DNA of 64,000 bases from an uncultured Acidobacteriaceae bacterium (GTDB taxonomy: Bacteria > Acidobacteriota > Terriglobia > Terriglobales > Acidobacteriaceae). A program made the translations under genes and the position numbers. Each line of letters begins with the position of its first letter. Within the stretch, counting starts at the first letter, position 1. The DNA lies in contig CAWHOU010000049.1 in assembly GCA_963831055.1 (NCBI GenBank), positions 51,748 to 115,747 on the forward strand, given 5' to 3'. Under the pieces are notes generated by a model, which saw only the letters and a program-made list of their open reading frames with translations, was not told the DNA's origin and ran no database searches. Of this stretch, positions 52,360 to 60,964 are shown piece by piece.

Positions 52360-53244
52360 GTGCCCGCCATGAACTCCGAGGTCAAGATCGTCGAGTGCCC
52401 CCGCGATGCCTGGCAGGGACTGCCCAAGCCCATTCCCGCGGAAATCAAAGCAGATTACCTGCGCACCCTGGTCGACGCCGGCTTCCGCCACATCGACGCC
52501 GTCTCATTCGTCTCGCCCCAGGCCGTTCCGCAAATGGCCGATGCCGAACAGGTCCTCGGCTTTCTCGATCCGCCCGCCGATGTCGAAATTATCGGCATCG
52601 TCGTCAACCAGAAAGGCGCCACTCGCGCCATCGACACCGGTGCCGTGGCCACCCTGGGATTTCCCTGGTCTGTCTCCCCTACTTTTCTCAGCCGCAATCA
52701 GCACCAGACTCCCGAGGAAGCCCTCGATGCTCTCGAAGCGGTCGGCCAGGCCGCATTTCAGTCGGGCTTAGGCCTCGTCGCCTATATCTCCATGGCCTTC
52801 GGCAATCCCTATGGCGATCCCTGGGGTCCCGATGAAGTCGTCGCCGCCTGCGACCTGCTGACTGACTCGGGTATAAGCCAAATCTCCCTGGCGGATACCG
52901 TGGGTGTAGCCAACCGCAGCAGATCGCCGAGCTGGTCTCCGCCGTCCTGGCATCAGTCGACGAACGCACCGAAGTAGGCGTCCATATGCACTCCCGCCCC
53001 GAAGACACCGCCGCCAAGATCGCTGCAGCATACAACGCCGGGTGCAGGCGCTTCGATATGGCCATCGGCGGATACGGCGGATGCCCCTTCGCCCAGGATG
53101 CCCTTGTCGGCAATATTCGCTACAGGCTGGCTCTCGCTGAACTCCAGCGCTTGGGCGCAAGCTTGCCTCGGCTCCAACACCTTGACAGCCTCCAGAATAG
53201 CGGCGGCTGAGATCGAGCGCAGCTTCGGACACCTCGTGCAGTGA
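52360..53244 (+). pseudogene. Hydroxymethylglutaryl-CoA lyase-like (DRE-TIM) gene with a frameshift at about 52912-52916 and possibly a second near 53190-53200
   Basis: Frame 1: VKIVECPRDAWQGL...SLADTVGVAN. The conserved continuation PQQIAELVSAVLASVDERTEVGVHMHSRPEDTAAKIAAAYNAGCRRFD..GGCPFAQDALVGNI is in the next frame (ORF 52986-53210). Confidence 0.75.
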
Positions 53245-53250
53245 CATCAG

Positions 53251-53508
53251 TTATCGCTGCAATAATCCTGGCGTACCCGGCGCATGCTTCGTTTCGGTTC
53301 TTCCGGGGCGAACACGATGAATCCGTCCTCGATTGCGAATCAGGAACTCCTCGCCACAAATACCGCACTGCCAGGGAAAGAGCCCAAGCAGTGGAAATAT
53401 CCTCTCCCTGAGCAAACCTCGCCGCGCGATCCGGGCCAGTTGTTGTTGGTGGCAGAGCGGACACTCCAGCAAAGCTGTCGTTCCCCGTCCTGCATGCGCT
53501 TTACCCAT
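53251..53508 (-). CDS. Hypothetical zinc-ribbon protein (85 aa)
   Basis: CPLC ... CGIC pairs spaced by 33 aa. Confidence 0.4.
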   Translation of the reverse strand: MGKAHAGRGTTALLECPLCHQQQLARIARRGLLRERIFPLLGLFPWQCGICGEEFLIRNRGRIHRVRPGRTETKHAPGTPGLLQR

Positions 53509-53712
53509 CTGCCAAGGCCCCCTGATTGGTAACTGTCGTAACCTGCTGCTCCCGGTGTGTCGGGAACACGACTCAGTAACCTATCGGCAGATTACTCCTT
53601 TTTATGAATCACGCAAGTGACGAACGTGTTTCCTCCCCCGGCCCTCCTTCCCACCCTCCCCCAAACAGCCCTGAAGACTCCAAACCAGCCCCAACCCGTT
53701 ACACTGAGATCG

Positions 53713-54768
53713 ATGATTCCCACCCTCGAATGGACCCCGGAAGGCGTCCGCTTTCTTGACCAGACCAGGCTCCCCCTTGAAGAAACCTACGTCCTCGCCA
53801 CCAGCTACCGACAGGTCGCCGAGGTCATCACCACCATGGTTGTCCGCGGCGCACCCGCCATCGGCGTCTCCGCAGCCATGGGCCTCGCACTTGGAGTGAA
53901 AACCAGCCACGCTGCGACCGCCCCGGCGCTCGCCGCCGAGTTCGAAACCATGTGCCGCACCCTCGCCGCCACCCGTCCCACCGCCGTCAATCTCTTCTGG
54001 GCCATCGAGCGCATGAAAAGCCGCTTCACCCTCGAAGCCTCCCGAACCGGAGCTACCCCCAACACTATCCGCACCGCCCTTATCGAAGAAGCCCTGCGCA
54101 TGTACGACGAAGACATCGCCGCCTGCCGCCGCATGGGCTCCCACGGAGCGGCCCTGCTTCCTCGTTCCGGCGGCGTCCTCACCCATTGCAACGCAGGCGC
54201 ACTCGCCACCTGCGGCTACGGTACTGCCCTCGGCGTCATCCGTTCCGCCACCGAGCAGGGCTACCAGATCCACGTCTACGCCGATGAAACCCGCCCCTTC
54301 CTCCAGGGCGCGCGCCTCACCGCCTGGGAGCTGATGCATGACGGCATCCCCACCACGGTGATCTGCGACAACATGGCCGCCAGCCTCATGCGCCAAGGCA
54401 AAATCCAGGCCGTCATCGTCGGCGCAGACCGCATCGCCGCCAACGGCGATGTCGCCAACAAGATCGGAACCTACAACGTCGCCATCCTCGCCAAAGCGCA
54501 CGGCATCCCGTTCTTTGTCGCCGCCCCCTGGTCCACCATCGACCTCAGAACCCTTTCCGGCGACTCCATCCCCATCGAGCAGCGGCCCGCAATCGAAGTG
54601 ACCCACCACGGCGGTAAACAGCTCACCCCCCACGGAGTCGGCATCGAAAATCCGGCCTTCGACGTGACGCCCGCCACATACGTAACCGCCATCGTTACAG
54701 AACGCGGCGTCCTTCGCCCACCGTACCAGGAATCGCTCCAGGAGCTGCAAACCGCGGCAGCAGACTAG
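53713..54768 (+). CDS. mtnA: S-methyl-5-thioribose-1-phosphate isomerase
   Basis: [21 protein letters not shown], eIF-2B family core, [18 protein letters not shown]. Confidence 0.92.
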   Translation: MIPTLEWTPEGVRFLDQTRLPLEETYVLATSYRQVAEVITTMVVRGAPAIGVSAAMGLALGVKTSHAATAPALAAEFETMCRTLAATRPTAVNLFWAIERMKSRFTLEASRTGATPNTIRTALIEEALRMYDEDIAACRRMGSHGAALLPRSGGVLTHCNAGALATCGYGTALGVIRSATEQGYQIHVYADETRPFLQGARLTAWELMHDGIPTTVICDNMAASLMRQGKIQAVIVGADRIAANGDVANKIGTYNVAILAKAHGIPFFVAAPWSTIDLRTLSGDSIPIEQRPAIEVTHHGGKQLTPHGVGIENPAFDVTPATYVTAIVTERGVLRPPYQESLQELQTAAAD

Positions 54769-54884
54769 CATTCGAATGAGGCCTGTGGCTCCCCGCAAGT
54801 CCCGCCCGGAACATTTCAGCGCGGATTCACGCCGATGAGAGAGGAACCTCTTGAGGTCGGCTCCTCTCTCCAGCGGTCTCAGGT

Positions 54885-56234
54885 TCATCTTGCGGGTGTT
54901 GGATGGAGCGCTGTGCCCGAGCTCGCAACGGCCGCCGCGGTTACAGTCGCTACGGCAGCGGTTGGCGTGCTCGGTGCGGTGCACACATTACCGGACAAGG
55001 TCGTCGTGACGACATTGGCGAAATTGGTGCCAGCGATCGAATTGCCGGTTGTTGCGCCTTCCAGGATTCCGGCGCACGATTCGTTGATCGTATTGAGGAA
55101 AACTGTGTTCCTGGTTCCTGTGGTGCCGCACGTGCTGTCGAGGTGGATGCCCGATTCCGTGGCGTTGAAGATAGTGTTGCCCTGGACGCTGTTGTTATTG
55201 CTGCAAACGTCGATGGCATCGAAAATCTGCGTGTTTTGCACCAGGTTGTTGTTGATAATAGTGTGGTCGCCGAGGCCCTGCGGATTGTTCACCACGCCCG
55301 ATGTGTTATCGGAAATCGTGACAATCCCATATTGTGTTGAGCCCACGACGTTGTTCTCGACCACCACATTCTGGGACGCATAGATAAGAATCCCGGAGGC
55401 GGCGTTATAGGGCTGGGAAGAGGTATCAGGCGCCCAAATTTCATCCATAATCACGTTGCCCAATATCGTTCCGCCAGCTCCATCGCTGATTTGGATTCCG
55501 TTCTCCGCAGCGCCCGTTGTGGGACCAACACCCGCGATGAAGTTGCTTACGATGTTTCCGCCGGCTCCGGGTCCATCGATGGTGATGCCGTTCTTATCGA
55601 AGGAGCTGACGCTGCTGTTCTCAATGGTTACTTTCGCCGTTCCGGTAGAGTAGCCGCTTTGCACGAAGATGCCCTGGCCGGATTGGCAGCCCGTGTATCC
55701 CGCGGGTAATACCTGGTTGCGCGTTGCAACCTGGTTAAGGGTCCCCGAGGCGTTCTGATAATAGATGCCCCTCAGATCCAGGCCGCAGGTGGTGACAAGG
55801 TTTCCGCTTCCGTCCACCGTGATATTGCTTATGTTCACGTCAGCGGCGTTCTGCACCAGCACCTGCGCAGCGACAGGGAAGGCTCCCGGGTAAGTGTCAC
55901 TGCTGTTTTGCACCACGCCGCCGGCCGGCGAGGTGATGACTGCCGCATCGGCGGTTCCGCTTTGGACGCCGACCAGGTTGAGGTTTTTGGCAATCACAAC
56001 CTGCTCGGCGTAAATACCAGGGCAGACCTTTACAGTGCCCCCTGCTGCCACCGCGGCTACAGCCAGGGAGATGGTGGCTTTATTCGGAGTGCCGCAGGTT
56101 CCGGCATAGACTGTCTGGGTCGCTGTCGATGTGGTTGTTGCCGCTAGCTGAGCGAACAGCGTTTGAGATCCGAGTACTCCGCCAAGGAACAGGGTTCCGA
56201 GCGCGGGAATGTGGCGTTTTGTTGCAGACCGCAT
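54885..56234 (-). CDS. Secreted right-handed parallel beta-helix repeat protein
   Basis: Signal peptide. Repeated N/G/T-rich approximately 22-aa beta-helix coils (NNxVxxN..GI). Confidence 0.8.
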   Translation of the reverse strand: MRSATKRHIPALGTLFLGGVLGSQTLFAQLAATTTSTATQTVYAGTCGTPNKATISLAVAAVAAGGTVKVCPGIYAEQVVIAKNLNLVGVQSGTADAAVITSPAGGVVQNSSDTYPGAFPVAAQVLVQNAADVNISNITVDGSGNLVTTCGLDLRGIYYQNASGTLNQVATRNQVLPAGYTGCQSGQGIFVQSGYSTGTAKVTIENSSVSSFDKNGITIDGPGAGGNIVSNFIAGVGPTTGAAENGIQISDGAGGTILGNVIMDEIWAPDTSSQPYNAASGILIYASQNVVVENNVVGSTQYGIVTISDNTSGVVNNPQGLGDHTIINNNLVQNTQIFDAIDVCSNNNSVQGNTIFNATESGIHLDSTCGTTGTRNTVFLNTINESCAGILEGATTGNSIAGTNFANVVTTTLSGNVCTAPSTPTAAVATVTAAAVASSGTALHPTPAR

Positions 56235-56428
56235 GAGTTTTCCCTCCGCAGCCCCACATCATACGCCCATGTAACTTTAACTTATGTTGAAATCCAGCTG
56301 AATTATCTGCGATCATCTAGGTTTCCTTGCCCCAACCCAAATCTCGTCTTTCGGCGCCGGTTTCCAGAGAATTGCATCGTTGCTGATGCAGGTTGCAAGA
56401 TCAAAGTGAACATTTGAGCTATCTCTGG

Positions 56429-56477
56429 CCCTACCCCTTGTTCCCTGCTCCCTGTTGCCTGCCTTCTTACTGCCCTT
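56429..56477. repeat. Degenerate 7-bp-period tract (CCCTACC CCTTGTT CCCTGCT CCCTGTT GCCTGCC ...)
   Basis: Direct reading. Overlaps the stop of the 56467-56769 ORF. Confidence 0.55.
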
Positions 56478-56769
56478 GCAGCCAACGTGCATACGGATAC
56501 AACAGCAAAAACAAAATCAGCGCCAGCGCCAGCACGTCCGCATACAACAGCAGCATCACGCCGCCGTGATAAAAGCTCCAACGCGGGCGCAGACACCGGC
56601 TCGTCTCCCATGTGCCATACGTGGCAGCCAGCGCCGGAATCACCAGCAACGGCGACCCATGCACATTCGGGAACCCCGCCCAGACAAACGCCATCACCAC
56701 GCTTGCCACCACCAGCAGAGTCCCCCGCAGAAGCGATCTTGCCCGTATATTGAAAACGGCATGCCACAT
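56467..56769 (-). CDS. Hypothetical membrane protein (100 aa, 3 TM)
   Basis: Hydrophobic profile. Divergent from the CoA-transferase gene. Confidence 0.5.
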   Translation of the reverse strand: MWHAVFNIRARSLLRGTLLVVASVVMAFVWAGFPNVHGSPLLVIPALAATYGTWETSRCLRPRWSFYHGGVMLLLYADVLALALILFLLLYPYARWLQGQ

Positions 56770-56778
56770 GAGCCAATC

Positions 56779-57495
56779 ATGACTACTGTATCGAATCCCA
56801 CCCCGGGCCCGAACGCCGCCGCGCCCTCAGCCGCCTCCATCGCAGCCGCCAAACGCGAGCGCATCGTCCGCCGCGTCGCCCAGGAATTGCGCGACGGCTA
56901 CTACGTCAACCTCGGCATCGGCCTGCCCACGCTGGTCGCCAACCACGTCCCCCCCGGCATCGAAGTCGTTCTGCAGTCCGAGAACGGCATGCTCGGCGTT
57001 GGCCCCTACCCTCTCGACAGCGAAGTCGATCCGGACCTCATCAACGCCGGCAAAGAGACCGTCTCCGCCATGGCTGGCGCCGCCTACTTCTCCAGCGCCG
57101 ACTCCTTCGCCATGATCCGCGGCGGCCATATCGACCTCAGCGTCCTCGGCGCAATGGAGGTCGACGAGGAAGGCACCCTCGCCAACTGGATGATCCCCGG
57201 CAAAATGGTCAAAGGCATGGGCGGCGCCATGGACCTGGTCGCCAGCGCCCGGCGCGTCATCGTAGCCATGGAACACTGCACTAAAGAAGGTGCACCCAAA
57301 ATCCTGAAGAAATGCACCCTGCCGCTCACCGGCGTCCGGGTCGTCGACACCATCGCCACAGAACTCGCCTGGATCCGCGTCACCCCCAGGGCTTAGTGCT
57401 GGAGAAATCGCCCCCGGTGTAACACCGAAGAAATCCAGCGCCTCACCGAACCCAAACTCATTATCAGTTCAGTGCTCAATGAAATGTCGGCCTAG
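56779..57495 (+). pseudogene. 3-oxoacid CoA-transferase subunit B (ScoB/AtoA-like), with its tail readable only through three frames; no subunit A gene adjacent
   Basis: [31 protein letters not shown]. The in-frame stop is at 57394-57396, yet QGLVLE / EIAPGVT / TEEIQRLTEPKLII follow in frames +2, +1 and 0. Confidence 0.75.
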
Positions 57496-57777
57496 GTTCA
57501 GCCGCAACGGAACGACAATCCCGTGGAGTCCAAGTCCTGACGCATTGCCCATTGGCCGTCGGTACGTGACTTTAGCTGCTCCAACAGCCTGGTAGTAACC
57601 CCCTCTAGCCTCTCGCTTCTTTGCAGCGCTGTTTCCGAGCCCGTTGAATTTAATAACCTGACCTGGGTCAGGAAGCTGAAGTAAGCCGTCTGCACATAAA
57701 TTAGCTGCGATGCACTGTCGCCAATCCTGCGACTGGGAAGAAGTCACCAAAGCCGCAATTGTCGCGGCCGCTCCCAT
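57469..57777 (-). CDS. Hypothetical protein, weak CHAP/NlpC-like resemblance (102 aa)
   Basis: WRQCIAANLC ... GLGLHGIVV (a Cys ... His arrangement). May be a fragment. Confidence 0.25.
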   Translation of the reverse strand: MGAAATIAALVTSSQSQDWRQCIAANLCADGLLQLPDPGQVIKFNGLGNSAAKKREARGGYYQAVGAAKVTYRRPMGNASGLGLHGIVVPLRLNLGRHFIEH

Positions 57778-58049
57778 ACCGCCGGTGGCAAGGGTCCAGC
57801 CATTCGCCTTTTGCTGAAATAGTGATACTCGGATGTAACAGACCGCAGCTTTGAACAGGGCACGGCTTCAGCCGTGCCGAAAAGTTGCGCCGAAGGCGCT
57901 TCCATGCTGCCGCAGGCCGAGGCGCAGTTCAAGAACGCAGCCGGAAATCTATCGTCGGCGTTCGCCCCGCGAACGCCATCCTTATCCCCGCGCCCTATGA
58001 CTTAAGTACCGCGGGAGACGCCCAAGGCCGTATGCCTCCAAACAGCGAA

Positions 58050-58424
58050 CTAAACCGCGGCAGCGATCCGCCGACCGCCCCGCCGTGCAGTCGCTGGAGC
58101 TTTCCCCCGCCGCGTCCGCGTCCCCACCGCCTTCACCGCAACCCGCGTCTCCAGACCCAACCGGTCCGCATACCGGAGCAACTTCTCGATGCTCACCTGC
58201 GAGATTCTTCCCTTCAGCAAATTACTGACAGACGGCTGATACTCGTCGAGAATCTCCATCAGTTGGCTTTGCGTATAACCCTTTGCCCGCACATCCTCCA
58301 GAATCGCCGACAGAATCTCCGCTTTCACCTTCAGCGCACTCGCTTCCGATGCCGAGAACCCCAGCGCATCGAAAATATTGCCCTTCACAATGTGGGTCGG
58401 TTTATTCTCACCCGCGTTTCTCAT
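58050..58424 (-). CDS. XRE-family HTH antitoxin (HigA-like partner of Gp49/DUF891-type toxins)
   Basis: GYTQSQLMEILDEYQPSVSNLLKGR HTH. Overlaps the toxin 3' end by 17 nt. Confidence 0.8.
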   Translation of the reverse strand: MRNAGENKPTHIVKGNIFDALGFSASEASALKVKAEILSAILEDVRAKGYTQSQLMEILDEYQPSVSNLLKGRISQVSIEKLLRYADRLGLETRVAVKAVGTRTRRGKAPATARRGGRRIAAAV

Positions 58425-58826
58425 GTGCCTTCTGCTCCTGCAATCGCTGCATCACTCGTTTCAGCCGTTGCCTGGCTAATTCAATATCCCGTCGATCCGT
58501 CTTCCGGCTGTCCTTCTCAAAACAGTGCAGCACATAGATCGTATTTGCCACTTTCGACAGGTAGATCGTGGGGTACCAGGTTCGCTCATCAGCCTCTTTC
58601 AGTTCAAAGACCCCGGATCCGATGGAACTCATGTTGCGGGTGGGCGACGTGGCTCTCTGCCGATCTGCACTTGGCGCAGCGAAAATCCCAGCGCCCGCTT
58701 AATCTCATCGGGAAAGCTGGAGAGCACCTCAAGAGAATCGCCCTCGAAGTGGATCGCAGCGGCCTGGTCGTGACCCCTCAACAGTACCTTCCAGCAAACG
58801 GGAATCAACCAGCCTGAATTATACAA
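58408..58826 (-). pseudogene. RelE/HigB-superfamily toxin (phage Gp49-like), split by a frameshift near 58636-58660
   Basis: N-part: ...AAAIHFEGDSLEVLSSFPDEIKRALGFSLRQVQIGREP. C-part in another frame: MSSIGSGVFELKEADERTWYPTIYLSKVANTIYVLHCFEKDSRKTDRRDIELARQRLKRV. Confidence 0.7.
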
Positions 58827-58839
58827 TATTTGCTATAAC
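58806..58839 (-). promoter_or_regulatory. Candidate TA promoter/operator (TATAAT on the minus strand inside an imperfect palindrome TTATAGCAAATATTGTATAA)
   Basis: rc of 58818-58823 is TATAAT. The block is duplicated at 59145-59178 (29/34 identical). Confidence 0.35.
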
Positions 58840-58964
58840 CGCTGGGTGTGGCATACCGGGCCCTGAAAGCGCCGGTTTGCGGTGCGCGCGCTGGCCCGGG
58901 GCCAACGCGCTTGGGGCTCGGCTTTACCGTGATCTACGCTCCGCAGCCGGATGGGATTTGGTTT

Positions 58965-59178
58965 TCAGTGTCTATATTGCAGTATGCGGACCGGCTGGAT
59001 CTGGAGACGCGGATTGCGTTGGGTTCGAAGCGGCTCCTACGGTACGAAGGTCATAAGCCGCGAAGCCTTAGCTCTCACCTGCCTCAGGCAATCACTGCAT
59101 CACTCGTTTCAGCCGTTGCCTGGATAATTCAATATCCCGTCGATCAACCAGTCTGGATTATGCAATATTCGCTGTAAC
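58965..59178. other. Degenerate second TA copy: inverted antitoxin C-terminal fragment plus toxin 3' stub fused to the promoter block (toxin body deleted)
   Basis: Plus-strand ILQYADRLDLETRIAL resembles LLRYADRLGLETRVAV of the antitoxin. 59089-59144 matches 58441-58496 (54/56), then jumps to the equivalent of 58806. Confidence 0.6.
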
Positions 59179-59387
59179 GCGGCCTCGGTTTGGCACACCG
59201 GACCCTGTGGAAAACGTGTCCAGTGTTTCCTGAAAGCGCGAAGCGTTAGCTCTCACCAGTTCTTGTCAAGTTTCCACCACTTACCCGAAGTAACATTCGC
59301 TCATAAGACGCCACTTCCACGCCAAAAGAGTTGGCACGATTTACCCTCAGACTTGATATTCTGATAATAGAGGGTAAGAAACAAAAA

Positions 59388-59420
59388 GGCTCAGCCCAAA
59401 CGGCTGGGCCTTTTACTTTC
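59388..59420. terminator. Orphan terminator-like hairpin with A-tract before and T-tract after
   Basis: aaaaa-ggctcagcc-caaac-ggctgggcc-ttttactttc. Confidence 0.55.
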
Positions 59421-59451
59421 GGCACACGCTATGATCGCGCTTCGGTCCAAT

Positions 59452-59500
59452 CCGCTACAGGCTACCGGCTACAAACTACCGGCCAGAGGCTACCGGCTAC
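59452..59500. repeat. 7-bp-period repeat with 14-bp super-unit (AGGCTAC CGGCTAC)
   Basis: ccgctac aggctac cggctac aaactac cggccag aggctac cggctac. Confidence 0.8.
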
Positions 59501-59947
59501 CACCCCCTTGCGACCTCCACGGTCCGGCCGCTCTCTCCCGTAACTACTTTCGATCCAAATGCGTTGACAATTTCTACTTTGCTTCCAAATGCATCCATGC
59601 CACCACCCGCCGAAACGACGCCGCCGTAGTCCATCACCCGCCCAAAATCGCTCTCCAAACCGCTTGTTTTCAGACCGATGCCACAGTCCAAAACGACACC
59701 GCCGCAAGGCTCGCTGAATCAGCGGGTTGGCACAGTCCCCTACCCACGGGGGTGTTACGTCGGCCTTGGGAACAGCTTTTCCCCAACTCGTCCGGTTCTA
59801 TAACGTGGCACCCTGCTCCCCACGCCATTGCGTGTTGAACTGCAACAAAATCCCCCCATGGGAGTAGAATTCTCGCCTCAACGCCTGTCCGGCCAAACCG
59901 GGTCTGGACCACCAACCCGCCGGATTGCGCAGTCCAGGAGGTGCGGT

Positions 59948-60937
59948 ATGAAGTTGGCCAATCGAATCCTTTCCATTCTCGTGGCGTCAGCCTGCGCGGC
60001 CTCTCTTGCGGGATGCTCCCGGCACAGCGGCGCCGAGCACTACTACCTCGTTGCTTCGAACATCAAACTCGCCTACTGGCAATCCGCCTCCGCCGGCCTC
60101 GACAAGATCGCCAGCCTCTACGGCGTGCATGCCGATATGCGTGGGCCAACCACCTTCGATCCGCAAGCCGAGGTCGAAGAACTTCGATCTGTTGTCGCTC
60201 TCAAACCCGCCGGCATCCTCGTCTCCGTATCCGACGAGAAGTTGCTGCAGCCCGAAATCGACGCCGCTATCGACGCGGGCATTCCCCTCATCACGATCGA
60301 TTCTGATGCCCCGAACAGCCGCCGCCTCTACTTCATCGGCACCAACAATCGTGAGGCCGGGCGCCTCGGCGGTAAGGCTCTCATCGAGAAGCTCGGCGGC
60401 AAAGGCAATGTCGTTTTTTTCACTATGCCTGGCCAGCCCAATCTCGACGAGCGCCTCAACGGCTACAAGGATTCGCTCGCTAATTATCCAAATATCCATG
60501 TGGTCAATGTTGTCGATATACGGGGCCAGAGCACAGTGGCCTTCGACACCACAGAGGCCGACCTGCCGAAAACCGGCAAAGACCGCATCGACGCCTTCGT
60601 CTGCCTCGAAGCCTCGGCCGGCAAAGAAGTCGGTGAGGTCCTCCGCCGCGGCAATACCAAAGACCGTACCGTTATTGCGATGGATGTGGACAAGGACACC
60701 CTTGACCTGGTGAAAGACGGCGTGATCGCCGCCACCGTCGCGCAGAAGCCTTTCACCATGGCTTACATCGGCGTGCAGATGCTCGACCAGTTGCATCATT
60801 ATCCCCTGCCCTCGCTCACCAGGTTCTACCAGACCGATCCATTTGCCCCCATTCCGGCCTTTATCGATACAGGGGTCGCGGTGGTCGATGCCGGCAACGT
60901 CGATCAGTTCCTCAAGAACCAGCAAGGCACCCAGTAA
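59948..60937 (+). CDS. Periplasmic sugar-binding (RbsB/LacI-type fold) lipoprotein, orphan ABC substrate-binding protein
   Basis: AGGAGG SD, lipobox LAGCS, type-I periplasmic binding fold sequence. Confidence 0.85.
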   Translation: MKLANRILSILVASACAASLAGCSRHSGAEHYYLVASNIKLAYWQSASAGLDKIASLYGVHADMRGPTTFDPQAEVEELRSVVALKPAGILVSVSDEKLLQPEIDAAIDAGIPLITIDSDAPNSRRLYFIGTNNREAGRLGGKALIEKLGGKGNVVFFTMPGQPNLDERLNGYKDSLANYPNIHVVNVVDIRGQSTVAFDTTEADLPKTGKDRIDAFVCLEASAGKEVGEVLRRGNTKDRTVIAMDVDKDTLDLVKDGVIAATVAQKPFTMAYIGVQMLDQLHHYPLPSLTRFYQTDPFAPIPAFIDTGVAVVDAGNVDQFLKNQQGTQ

Positions 60938-60964
60938 GACCGGCCCCGCAATCGCGCCGGGTTC

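Noticed and set aside
53628-53690. C-rich tract (cctcccccggccctccttcccaccctccccc) upstream of mtnA, considered as another i-motif or heptamer locus.
   Set aside because: It has no clear 7-bp periodicity or tandem unit. It probably just extends the spurious N-terminus of ORF 53617.
59497-59691. 64-aa minus-strand ORF with an internal AFGSKV repeat.
   Set aside because: It has no SD and overlaps the heptamer array. The repeat is only two short copies, so there is not enough evidence for a gene.
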